Source of the DNA: Myxococcota bacterium
GTDB taxonomy: Bacteria; Myxococcota; JACRCW01
Length of the DNA: 16,805 nt
Direction of reading: 5' to 3'
NCBI GenBank assembly: GCA_040752415.1
Contig: JBFMGU010000228.1
Span: 1-16,805 of the forward strand
This document shows, piece by piece, positions 1-8,190 of this stretch (position 1 is its first letter; each line of letters opens with the position of its first letter). The notes under the pieces were generated by a model. That model made no database searches and had not been told where the DNA came from. It saw only the letters and a program-made list of their open reading frames with translations. The position numbers were made by a program, and so were the translations under genes.

Positions 1-528
1 CTCCACCGTCGTCACCGGGCCGGCCAGGGGCTGCGCGGGGAAGATGGCGGGCGTGGGCGAGGCGCCGGGAGCCACCACGCTGACCTCGGTCACGCCGCTG
101 GGCGTGGTGGGCATGCTGCGGCAGCGTCGCGCTTCTGCCTGGTGACGTTGGGCCTGGTCCGCGGCGAGCTGCATGCGGCTCAGCTCGACGCGCGCTGCTT
201 CCAGGTCCCCGCGGGCCCGCGCGGTCTCCAGGTGCTCCCCCGCTGCTTCCGCCTGGCGCAACAGCTTCCGCACCTCCGCCACCTGCACGCTGGCGCACCG
301 CAACTGCACGGCGTCCCGCGCCCGACGTGCCTCCCCCGTGGCGGTCAGCGTGGTGGAGAGCGCGGCGTGGGTGCGGGCCAGCGCCTCGTCATGGGCGGCC
401 AGCAGCTCCGCGGCGCCCATCCGCTCCACCCCCGGGCGCACGCGCAATCCCCCCGACGCCTCCTGCGCCCACGCCACTCCCCCTCCCAGGAGGAGCCCCA
501 CCAGCACCTGTGCGGCTGTTGCTCGCAT
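1..528 (-). CDS. Exported alpha-helical hypothetical protein, 3' end beyond the left edge of the window
   Basis: My translation from the ATG at 528 is open to position 1: MRATAAQVLVGLLLGGGVAWAQEASGGLRVRPGVERMGAAELLAAHDEALARTHAALSTTLTATGEARRARDAVQLRCASVQVAEVRKLLRQAEAAGEHLETARARGDLEAARVELSRMQLAADQAQRHQAEARRCRSMPTTPSGVTEVSVVAPG... It has a Sec-type signal peptide (AWA|QE), a helical core with two Cys and a Pro/Thr-rich tail. It is absent from the ORF track because there is no stop in the window. Confidence 0.75.
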   Translation of the reverse strand, partial: MRATAAQVLVGLLLGGGVAWAQEASGGLRVRPGVERMGAAELLAAHDEALARTHAALSTTLTATGEARRARDAVQLRCASVQVAEVRKLLRQAEAAGEHLETARARGDLEAARVELSRMQLAADQAQRHQAEARRCRSMPTTPSGVTEVSVVAPGASPTPAIFPAQPLAGPVTTVE

Positions 529-682
529 GGACCAGACGTCCTGTCTCCGTTTCCGCGCGGACCCGCGAGGACCGGATCGGTTGTGCGCCGGGTGGGTCGC
601 ACGGGGCGGGGAAAACGTTCTGTGACCGGGCGTTAACACCCGCGCGATCCCGAGCTGGGGCGCGAGCCGGGCGACGCCCCGG

Positions 683-1477
683 TCACGCGGGACGACGTCG
701 ACCGCCGCGCACCGCCAGCACCACGCCCAGCAGCGCCACGGCGCCGGCCAGCCCCGCGCCCAACATGGGCAGGGCCTCCCGGACCCGGATGGCGCGCTCC
801 AGGGCGCGAGCCTTGGGCAGGTCCTCGTAGGCCTGCGCGGCGGCCAGGTAGCGACGAGCCTCCTCCATCTGCTCCCGCTCCACGGCGGCCTCCGCGGCGC
901 TCAGGAGCCGGGTGGCGAACTTGTGGTTGTCCGTGAGGTCGGGCTCGGCGGAGCGGGCCTGGTCCCAGCTCTTCCGCGCGCCTTCCAGATCCCCGGCGGC
1001 CAGCGCACGCTCCGCCTCCAGCCGCCACCCCGGTGCCAGCGCCCGACCCAGCTCCGGCACGTCTCCCAACAGCGCGCGGGCCACCTCGCTGCGGGCGCGG
1101 GCGGCGTCCTGGTCACCGGCGCGGGCCAGGTTGATGGCACACGCCAGGTACGCCCGACCCGCCATGGCGCGCTTGTGCTCAAGCGTGTCGCCCCTGGTGC
1201 GGAGGAGGTCCAGGTCGGCGGCGGCGTCGCAGGAGCGGCCGCGGGTGTGGCGGGCTGCGGCGCGGTCCCACACCGCGTCGACGTACTTCGGGTGGTTGGG
1301 CGGGGGGAGGGGGCGCTCCTCGGGCGGGGCCACCTCGCGCTCCGGCCCGGGAGGGGCTTCCGGCTTCTCGGCGGGCAGCACCGCGCCGCTGGGGCGCAGG
1401 TCGCGGGTCTCCTCCTGGGCGCTCGTCGGGAGCGAGAGCAGGGTGAGCACCAGCGCGGTGGTCGCGTTGACCCTCAT
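683..1477 (-). CDS. Exported TPR-like helical-repeat protein with a C-terminal membrane anchor
   Basis: Signal peptide (TSA|QEE), Pro-rich linker and Ala-rich TPR-like helix pairs (ARAGDQDAARA, LAAGDLEGARK, EREQMEEARR). The C-terminal hydrophobic helix LGAGLAGAVALLGVVLAV is followed by RGGRRR. GAGG lies upstream of the ATG. Confidence 0.7.
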   Translation of the reverse strand: MRVNATTALVLTLLSLPTSAQEETRDLRPSGAVLPAEKPEAPPGPEREVAPPEERPLPPPNHPKYVDAVWDRAAARHTRGRSCDAAADLDLLRTRGDTLEHKRAMAGRAYLACAINLARAGDQDAARARSEVARALLGDVPELGRALAPGWRLEAERALAAGDLEGARKSWDQARSAEPDLTDNHKFATRLLSAAEAAVEREQMEEARRYLAAAQAYEDLPKARALERAIRVREALPMLGAGLAGAVALLGVVLAVRGGRRRPA

Positions 1478-1540
1478 GGAGGTGCCTCATAGCATGCCGC
1501 GCCTCGCGCCCGCCGTCGGGCAAGGCGCAGATGCTCCTGC

Positions 1541-2107
1541 ATGGCTTCGTTCATCCTCGCCTCGCGGTCTCCCCGGCGCGCCCAGCTGTTGGAGAGCGCC
1601 GGACTGACCTTCCGTGTCCTCGCGCCGGACGTGGAGGAACGTCGTGCGCCCGGGGAGGCGCCAGACGCCTACGCGGCACGCCTGGCCCGTGACAAACGCG
1701 ACGCCGTGGCCGCCCGGGAGCCCGGCGCCGCGGTGCTGGCCGCGGACACCGTGGTGGCCCTGGGTGACGACGTGCTGGAGAAACCCCTGGACGACGCCGA
1801 CGCCACCCGCATGCTCCGCGCGCTCGCCGGCCGCGAGCACCAGGTGCACACCGCGGTGGCGGTGCGGGGACCCAGAGGTGCCTCCGACGTGGTGGTGAGC
1901 GTCACCGTCCGCTTCCGCCCGCTCACCGACGAGGAGATTGCCCGCTACGTGGCCACCGGTGAGCCGCGCGACAAGGCCGGCAGCTACGGCATCCAGGGCC
2001 TGGGCGGCGCATTGGTGGACGAGGTGCACGGGTCCTACACCGCCGTGGTGGGGCTGCCGCTGCGTCAGTCGCTGGAGCTGCTGGCGCGCGTGGGGGCGTT
2101 GTCGTGA
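1541..2107 (+). CDS. maf: Maf family nucleoside triphosphate pyrophosphatase (YhdE-type)
   Basis: Motifs ILASRSPRR, ADTVV, EKP, DKAGSYGIQG and GSYTAVVGLP. Confidence 0.95.
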   Translation: MASFILASRSPRRAQLLESAGLTFRVLAPDVEERRAPGEAPDAYAARLARDKRDAVAAREPGAAVLAADTVVALGDDVLEKPLDDADATRMLRALAGREHQVHTAVAVRGPRGASDVVVSVTVRFRPLTDEEIARYVATGEPRDKAGSYGIQGLGGALVDEVHGSYTAVVGLPLRQSLELLARVGALS

Positions 2108-2787
2108 GCGTGGATGTGGCCGCCAACCTGGGCGTGGTGCGGGCCCACCTGGAGGCCGCGTGCCGGGCCGCCGGCCGGGAGGTCTCGACGGTGACGCTGG
2201 TGGCGGTGAGCAAGGGGCAGCCCGCCGAGGCCATCCGCGCCGCCCACGCCGCCGGTCAGCGCGACTTTGGCGAGAACTACGCCCAGGAGCTGCGCGACAA
2301 GGCCCAACAGCTGGCCGACCTCCCGGACCTGCGCTGGCATTTCCTGGGCGCGCTGCAGACCAACAAGGTCAAGTACGTGGCCCCCGTGACGACGTTGTTC
2401 CATGCCCTGGACCGCCTCGAGGTTGCCGCCGAGCTGCAGCGCCGGCTGCTGGGGCTGGGGCGGACCATGGACGTGCTCCTGGAGGTCAACGTGGCCGGGG
2501 AGGCGCAGAAGCACGGCATCTCCCCGACGGAAGCCGCCGCGCTGGCGGACCAGGTGCGCGCGTTCACGCAGCTGCGGTTGCGCGGACTCATGTGCGTGCC
2601 ACCCGCCGTCGACGAGGCGGAGGCCTCCCGGCCCCACTTCCGCGCGCTGCGGGAGCTGGGCGGGCGCCTGGGGCTCAACGAGCTCAGCATGGGCATGAGC
2701 GGCGATTACGAGGTGGCGGTGCAGGAAGGCGCCACGCTGGTGCGTGTGGGCACGGCCATCTTTGGCCCGCGGCAGAAGCCCGCGTGA
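2104..2787 (+). CDS. yggS: PLP homeostasis protein, YggS/PLPBP family
   Basis: VAVSK (PLP lysine), FGENYAQE, WHFLGALQTNK, GLMCVPP, LSMGMSGD and VRVGTAIFG. The GTG start overlaps the maf stop (GTGA). Confidence 0.96.
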   Translation: MSVDVAANLGVVRAHLEAACRAAGREVSTVTLVAVSKGQPAEAIRAAHAAGQRDFGENYAQELRDKAQQLADLPDLRWHFLGALQTNKVKYVAPVTTLFHALDRLEVAAELQRRLLGLGRTMDVLLEVNVAGEAQKHGISPTEAAALADQVRAFTQLRLRGLMCVPPAVDEAEASRPHFRALRELGGRLGLNELSMGMSGDYEVAVQEGATLVRVGTAIFGPRQKPA

Positions 2788-2803
2788 AGGGAGCGGAGGG
2801 AAC

Positions 2804-3625
2804 ATGACGCAGGCCTGGAAGGTGGCGGTGGTGGGCGCGGGCGGCTTGGGCGGGGCGCTGGTGCGGGGGCTGCTCGCGGGAAGGGTAGCGCCCACGCAGC
2901 TCTCCGTGGCGGACCTGGACGTGGAGAAGGCGCGCAACGCCACGGGAGGCAGCGCGGCGCGCGTGGTGCGCAGCGGCAAGGAGGCGGTGGAGGGCGCGGA
3001 CGTGGTGGTGTTGTGCGTCAAGCCCGACGGCGTGGCCGCCGCCCTCAACGAGCTGGAGCCCGGCCTGCGCGGGGACGCGGTGCTCATCAGTGCCGCCGCC
3101 GGCGTGACGCTGAAGACGCTGCGTGAGGAGCTGGGCGCCAAGGCCGTGCTGGTGCGCGCCATGCCCAACGTGAACGTGGCGGTGGGCCACTCCATGACGG
3201 CGCTGTGCGCGGAGCCCGGCCACAGTGGCGCCGACGAGGCATTGCAGCGCGCGGCGTGGCTGTTTGACCAGGTGGGCGGCACGGTGCGCCTCTCCGACGA
3301 GAAGCTCATCGACCCCGCCACCGCGCTGGCCGCGAGCGGTCCGGCGTGGATGGCCGCGCTGCTGGAGGCGTTGATGGACGGCGGCGTCCTCGCTGGCCTC
3401 CCGCGCGAGGTGGCGGTGCAGATGGCGCTGGGCATGGCCGAGGGGACCGCGCGTCACCTGCGCGAGAAGCGGCTCCACCCCGGCGCGCTCAAGGACATGG
3501 TGATGAGCCCGGGTGGCACCACCGCGGCGGGCGCGCGCCTGCTGGAGGAGCGTGGGGTGCGCGGCGCGCTGATGTCCGCCGTGGACGCCGCCACGACGAG
3601 GGCGCGGGCGCTGCGCGGCGGTTGA
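2804..3625 (+). CDS. proC: Pyrroline-5-carboxylate reductase
   Basis: Rossmann motif VGAGGLG, plus CVKP, SAAAG, RAMPN, ASGPA and SPGGTT. The ATG at 2804 follows GGAGGG, so the ORF-track start at 2744 is an over-extension. Confidence 0.95.
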   Translation: MTQAWKVAVVGAGGLGGALVRGLLAGRVAPTQLSVADLDVEKARNATGGSAARVVRSGKEAVEGADVVVLCVKPDGVAAALNELEPGLRGDAVLISAAAGVTLKTLREELGAKAVLVRAMPNVNVAVGHSMTALCAEPGHSGADEALQRAAWLFDQVGGTVRLSDEKLIDPATALAASGPAWMAALLEALMDGGVLAGLPREVAVQMALGMAEGTARHLREKRLHPGALKDMVMSPGGTTAAGARLLEERGVRGALMSAVDAATTRARALRGG

Positions 3626-3637
3626 GCACCAGCCCGG

Positions 3638-3683
3638 AAAAAGCCGAAGGCCCGGCCCCGCACGCGCGGGAACCGGGCCTCCG
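3638..3683 (-). terminator. Intrinsic terminator for the pilin gene, possibly bidirectional with proC
   Basis: The minus strand reads CGGAGGCCCGGTTCCCGC-GCGT-GCGGGGCCGGGCCTTCG then GCTTTTT: a long GC stem with a U tract, about 25 nt after the pilin stop. Confidence 0.8.
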
Positions 3684-3708
3684 AACACTCCGCAGATATC
3701 AGGCGATA

Positions 3709-4137
<429 letters not shown>

Positions 4138-4188
4138 GGGATGGATTCCTCCAGCGCGCGCGGCGCTCGACGGGTTGCCCGTTCCTAG

Positions 4189-4204
4189 AGCAGAAGCCGT
4201 GCCA
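4189..4204 (-). promoter_or_regulatory. Sigma54 (-24/-12) promoter of pilA
   Basis: The minus strand reads TGGCACGGCTTCTGCT against the consensus TGGCAC-N5-TTGC, with exact GG-N10-GC spacing, about 50 nt upstream of the ATG. Confidence 0.88.
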
Positions 4205-4323
4205 AACGCCAGGAAAAATGTGCGACAGCGCCCCGCTGCGCGGGATCCTCTGGCCGCAAGCCTCTTCCGCACGACGGAGACATGACGCCTACACCGCTCC
4301 GTCGTATGCCCCATGCCGGGGAA

Positions 4324-4361
4324 GCGACAACAAACGTCACGGGAGTGACAAAGTTCGTCAC
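4324..4361. promoter_or_regulatory. Tandem palindromic sites, candidate upstream activating sequences for a sigma54 enhancer-binding protein
   Basis: GCGAC-AACAAAC-GTCAC (4324-4340) and GTGAC-AAAGTTC-GTCAC (4345-4361). The two are offset by 21 bp and lie about 145-185 bp upstream of the predicted pilA transcription start. Confidence 0.65.
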
Positions 4362-4444
4362 CGCCCAGGCGAGCCCAAGGTGGGCGGCACGAGGGGAAAC
4401 GCCTATGGTGGCCCGGCGGGCGGGGCGCGGAAGGTAACGGAGAC

Positions 4445-5380
4445 ATGGACCCCTACGAGGTCATTCAGGCGCTCTGGCTGGCGTTTGGCGCGGTGGTGGG
4501 GGCCTGCATGGGGTCCTTTGCCAACGTGGTCATTGCGCGGATGCCGCGGGACGAGAGCATTGTCCATCCGCCCTCGCACTGTCCGAACTGCAAGACGCCC
4601 ATCAAGCCCTGGCAGAACATCCCCATTGCCAGCTGGCTGGCGCTGCGTGGTCGCGCGCGCTGCTGCGGTACGCCCATCAGCCCGCGGTACGTGGTGGTGG
4701 AGCTGCTGGGCGCGCTGGGCGGTTTCTCGGTGGTGCTCATCCACCGCCCCAACGTCATGGCCGTCTTCTACGGGCTCATGTTGTGGCTGCTGATGTGCGT
4801 GGCCATCATTGACTGGAAGCACTGGTTCATTCCGCGTGCGCTCTCGCTTTCCCTCGTGGTGCTGGGCTTCGTGGGGAACGCCGTGGGCGCGTGGTGGAGC
4901 GGCGTGCCCCTGCAGAGCGCGGTCACGGCCGCGTCCATCATGTCCGGCATGGGTACCGTGGTGGGATTCACCGTGGTGGCCGTGCTGCTGCTGGGGTTCA
5001 CCTGGCTCTACCGCGCCACCGGACGCCTTGGCGCCGACGAGGAAGCCATGGGCTGGGGTGACGCGCAGCTGCTGGCGGGCATTGGCGCGTGCCTGGGCGT
5101 CAACGCGCTCCCGTGGGTGCTGGGCCTGGCGTCGCTGAGCGGGACGGTGATTGGCGGCTGGGTGACGCTGGAATACCGGATGCGGGTGCGTCGGGGGGAG
5201 GTGGCGGAGACCGTGCCCGAGCCCACCGGCAACCCGGATGACGACGAGTGGCGGCCGCCGGAGGGCTCGGTCCAGTTCGGCCCGTTCCTGGCGCTGGGCG
5301 CGGCCATGCATGTGCTGATGTCGTCGTTCCTGCCGGATGTGGACGTGACGGTGATCTTCCGGGGGTTGTGGGAGGGATGA
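4445..5380 (+). CDS. pilD: Prepilin peptidase / N-methyltransferase (peptidase A24A)
   Basis: GSFANVVIARMP, SHCPNC...NIPIASWLALRGRARCC, catalytic aspartates in AIID and MGWGD, C-terminal FGPFLALG, and several TM segments. Confidence 0.95.
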   Translation: MDPYEVIQALWLAFGAVVGACMGSFANVVIARMPRDESIVHPPSHCPNCKTPIKPWQNIPIASWLALRGRARCCGTPISPRYVVVELLGALGGFSVVLIHRPNVMAVFYGLMLWLLMCVAIIDWKHWFIPRALSLSLVVLGFVGNAVGAWWSGVPLQSAVTAASIMSGMGTVVGFTVVAVLLLGFTWLYRATGRLGADEEAMGWGDAQLLAGIGACLGVNALPWVLGLASLSGTVIGGWVTLEYRMRVRRGEVAETVPEPTGNPDDDEWRPPEGSVQFGPFLALGAAMHVLMSSFLPDVDVTVIFRGLWEG

Positions 5381-6339
5381 CCTCGCGCACGGAGGTGGCG
5401 GCGGCCAGCGCGGCCATGCGGGAGGCGGTGCGCATCATTGACCGCGCCGCGCGCAGCAACGCACCCGTGGTCCTGGTGGGTCCCTCCGGCGTGGGCAAGG
5501 AACGCCTGGCGCAACGTCTCCACGCCCACAGCCCGCGTGGCATGGGACCGTTCATCACCGTGGCCTGCGCGGCGGTGCCGGAGTCGCTGGCGGAGAGCCT
5601 GTTCTTCGGGCACGTGCGCGGCGCGTTCAGCGGGGCCACGCAGGATTCCCCGGGACACTTCACGCGCGCGCACGGCGGAACCCTCTTTCTCGACGAGCTG
5701 GGATCACTGTCCCTGGCCCTGCAGGCCAAGCTGCTCCGCGCCATCGACGGGGGAGAGGTGCAGCCCCTGGGCGGCGAGGCCACGCGCGTGGATGTGCGGC
5801 TGGTGGTGGCGTCGAGCACGCGGCTGGAGGAGCTGGTGACGGCGGGGACGCTGCGCGAGGACCTCTGCTACCGGCTGAGCTCGGTCACGGTGCGGGTGCC
5901 GCCGCTGCGGGAGCGTCCCGAGGACGTGGAGGCGTTGATGGCGGAGCTGGTGCAGTCGCGGAAGCTGCGTCTGACGACGGGAGCACGCGAGGCACTGCGA
6001 ACCTATCCCTGGCCCGGCAACGTGCGCGAGCTGGTGCACACGCTGGAGGCCGCTTCCGTGATGGTGGATGAGGGCAGCGCCATTGACCTGCGCCACCTGC
6101 CCGAGCGCATCCAGCGCGCCACGCTGCCGTCGTCGGGGGATGACCCGGTGGAGAAGGTGGTGGGGCCGGACACGCCGGACTCCGCGCTGGACGTGCGGCG
6201 ACGGGTGGCGGCGTTGGAGCGCGCGCTGATGGCGGAAGCGTTGCGACGTCATGGCGGCAACCGTCGGGCCGCGGCGCGCGCGTGTGGGCTTTCTCCCCGC
6301 GCGTTCCTCTACAAGCTGCGCGCCTATGGGCTGGAGTGA
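5377..6339 (+). CDS. Sigma54 enhancer-binding protein (AAA+ plus Fis-type HTH) with no N-terminal regulatory domain, 320 aa
   Basis: The ATG at 5377 overlaps the pilD stop (ATGA) after GGAGGG. Walker A GPSGVGKE starts at residue 35. Also present: GAFSGA, Walker B FLDE, REDLCYRL, WPGNVREL and HTH GGNRRAAARACGLSPRAFLYKL. Confidence 0.9.
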   Translation: MTSRTEVAAASAAMREAVRIIDRAARSNAPVVLVGPSGVGKERLAQRLHAHSPRGMGPFITVACAAVPESLAESLFFGHVRGAFSGATQDSPGHFTRAHGGTLFLDELGSLSLALQAKLLRAIDGGEVQPLGGEATRVDVRLVVASSTRLEELVTAGTLREDLCYRLSSVTVRVPPLRERPEDVEALMAELVQSRKLRLTTGAREALRTYPWPGNVRELVHTLEAASVMVDEGSAIDLRHLPERIQRATLPSSGDDPVEKVVGPDTPDSALDVRRRVAALERALMAEALRRHGGNRRAAARACGLSPRAFLYKLRAYGLE

Positions 6340-6341
6340 CG

Positions 6342-7178
6342 TCAGCGCATGGCGTCGTCGATGGCGCGGAGCGCGGCCAGGGCACCGAGGGCCAGACCGA
6401 TTCCGCCTGGCGGCACGTCCGGCTCACGCACGTTGATGCGGATCAGCGTTCCGTCGTGGTTCCGGGCGGCCATCTCGCAGAAGTGTCGCACCGAGGGAAT
6501 GGCCGAGCCCGCGCCGCACTCCACCACGACGAGACGGGCGCCCCCGACGGAACGCAGCCATTGGCCCAGGCGCGCCTCCTGGTGTTGTGAGCGCTGCTCG
6601 TCCCAGTCCCAGTCGCCGAACATGAGGATGTTGGGACGCAGGAGGCCGCTGCAGCGCGGGCACGTGGGCAGGGTTCCGCGCGCACGGAAGGTCTCCGGAT
6701 CCACGTCGACGGCGTAGGGGTCCGCGGGGAGGATGCCCACGCCGCAGCCCGCGAGACATTGCACGTGGTGGATGGAGCCGTGGACCTCGTAGATGTGGTT
6801 CTCGTCGTAACCGGCGCGTTGGAACTGGCCATCCACGTTGGAGGTGAACACCGCGGCGCCGTGCTTCATGCGCTCCGACCAGCGCCGCAGGACCTGGAAG
6901 CCCTCGTGCGGGACGGTGGTGCGGTACAGCGTGAGGCGGTGGCCGTAGAAACCCCACGCGAAAGCCGGGTCCTGACGGAACCAGCGCGGGTTGGCCATGG
7001 CGGAGAAGTCCAGGCCCAGCTTCTTGTACGGCGGATACGCGCGCCAGAATCCCTCGGGGCCGCGGAAGTCGGGCAGGCCGCTGTCCACGCCCATTCCCGC
7101 GCCCGCACCGACGAGCAACGCGTCCGCGCGGGCCACGGCCTCGGCGGCTCGTCGGAGAAGCGCCACGTCAGGGGACAT
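6342..7178 (-). CDS. Sir2-family NAD-dependent protein deacylase
   Basis: GAGAGMGVDSGLPDFRG, TSNVDG, EVHGS (catalytic His), Zn module CLAGC...CPRC, LRPNILMFGD and RIN. Confidence 0.92.
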   Translation of the reverse strand: MSPDVALLRRAAEAVARADALLVGAGAGMGVDSGLPDFRGPEGFWRAYPPYKKLGLDFSAMANPRWFRQDPAFAWGFYGHRLTLYRTTVPHEGFQVLRRWSERMKHGAAVFTSNVDGQFQRAGYDENHIYEVHGSIHHVQCLAGCGVGILPADPYAVDVDPETFRARGTLPTCPRCSGLLRPNILMFGDWDWDEQRSQHQEARLGQWLRSVGGARLVVVECGAGSAIPSVRHFCEMAARNHDGTLIRINVREPDVPPGGIGLALGALAALRAIDDAMR

Positions 7179-8190
7179 CCCAGTACCTCCGCTGCACCTC
7201 TCGCGCGTTGTCCAACGAGGCCTCTCCCATGGGCGTGCGCGGTCCCCGCAGCGACGGAGCCCCGGCCCCGCACAGCACCTCGGTGACGGCGTGGACGCTG
7301 TCGGCCAGCGCGTTGACGTCGTAGCCGCCCTCCAGCGTGAGCACCATGCGACCCGCGCAGTGCTTGTCCGCCACCTGCTTCACCGCGTGCGCCATCCACG
7401 CGAATCCCTCGGTGGAGACGTTCATTCCGCCCAGCGGATCGTCGGCGTGCGCGTCGAATCCGGCGGACACCAGGACCAGCTCCGGGCGGTACGCATCGGC
7501 GATGGGCATGAGCAGCTCACGGAAGACGGCGGCGTAGTCTCCGTCGGTGCAGCCGCGGATGAGGGGCACGTTCACCGTGAATCCCTCGCCCGCGCCCCGG
7601 CCCACCTCGGTGTGCGCGCCGCTGCCGGGATAGAACGGGAACTGGTGCGTGCTCATGAAGAGCAGCTCCCGCTTGTCCTCGAAGCTGTGCTGGGTGCCGT
7701 TGCCGTGGTGCACATCCCAGTCGACGACGAGAACCCGCGTCAGCCCCCGCGCGTGAGCCTCCGCCGCGGCCAGCGCGATGTTGTTGAACACGCAGAAGCC
7801 CATGCCCTGCGACTCCTCCGCGTGGTGCCCGGGCGGTCGACACAACACGAACGCACTCCGCGCCTCCCCACCCAGCACCCGACGCACGCCCTCCATGGCC
7901 GCACCCGCCGCCAGCACCGCGGCCTCCGTTGACGACGGAGAAAGCACGGTGTCCGGGTCCAGCTGGGCGTACTCCCCCTTGAGCGAGACGATGCGGTCCA
8001 CGTACGCGCGCTGGTGGATGCGCGTGAGCTCCTCGACGGTGGCGGGGGGCGGCTTCACGAGCTGCGTGCCGGAGATGGGACGCCGCTCCAGGGCCTGGAG
8101 GATGGCGGGAAGGCGTGCGGTGGACTCAGGGTGGAACGGGCCCGGGTCGTGCTCCAGGAACAGCTCGTCGAAGAGCAGCAAGACGCTCAC
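7168..8190 (-). CDS. Zn-dependent histone-deacetylase-family amidohydrolase (AcuC/AphA-like)
   Basis: HPE, DPDT, RPPGHHA, GFCVFNN, DWDVHHGNGTQ, FYPGSG, SAGFDAH..DPLG and LEGGY. The GTG start overlaps the hutG stop. Confidence 0.95.
   Translation of the reverse strand: MSVLLLFDELFLEHDPGPFHPESTARLPAILQALERRPISGTQLVKPPPATVEELTRIHQRAYVDRIVSLKGEYAQLDPDTVLSPSSTEAAVLAAGAAMEGVRRVLGGEARSAFVLCRPPGHHAEESQGMGFCVFNNIALAAAEAHARGLTRVLVVDWDVHHGNGTQHSFEDKRELLFMSTHQFPFYPGSGAHTEVGRGAGEGFTVNVPLIRGCTDGDYAAVFRELLMPIADAYRPELVLVSAGFDAHADDPLGGMNVSTEGFAWMAHAVKQVADKHCAGRMVLTLEGGYDVNALADSVHAVTEVLCGAGAPSLRGPRTPMGEASLDNAREVQRRYWDVP

Noticed and set aside
755..775. LPMLG as an LPxTG sortase motif
   Set aside because: It lacks the Thr, the host appears diderm, and no sortase gene is in the window.
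4138..4444. Riboswitch or small RNA in the pilA-pilD intergenic region
   Set aside because: Only short GC hairpins are present, with no c-di-GMP or other aptamer signature I can recognise; promoter and enhancer elements explain the region.
4138..4446. 103-aa N-terminal extension of the pilin in the ORF track
   Set aside because: The class III signal, RBS and sigma54 promoter all point to the ATG at 4137; the extension spans the promoter.
5248..5376. Possible N-terminal regulatory segment of the activator
   Set aside because: It overlaps the pilD C-terminus in another frame and is not domain-like. The ATG at 5377 has an RBS and ATGA coupling.
6342..7178. Sirtuin as an anti-phage NADase (Thoeris/DSR type)
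   Set aside because: It is a short stand-alone protein with a Zn module and deacylase motifs, with no partner defence genes, in a metabolic operon.
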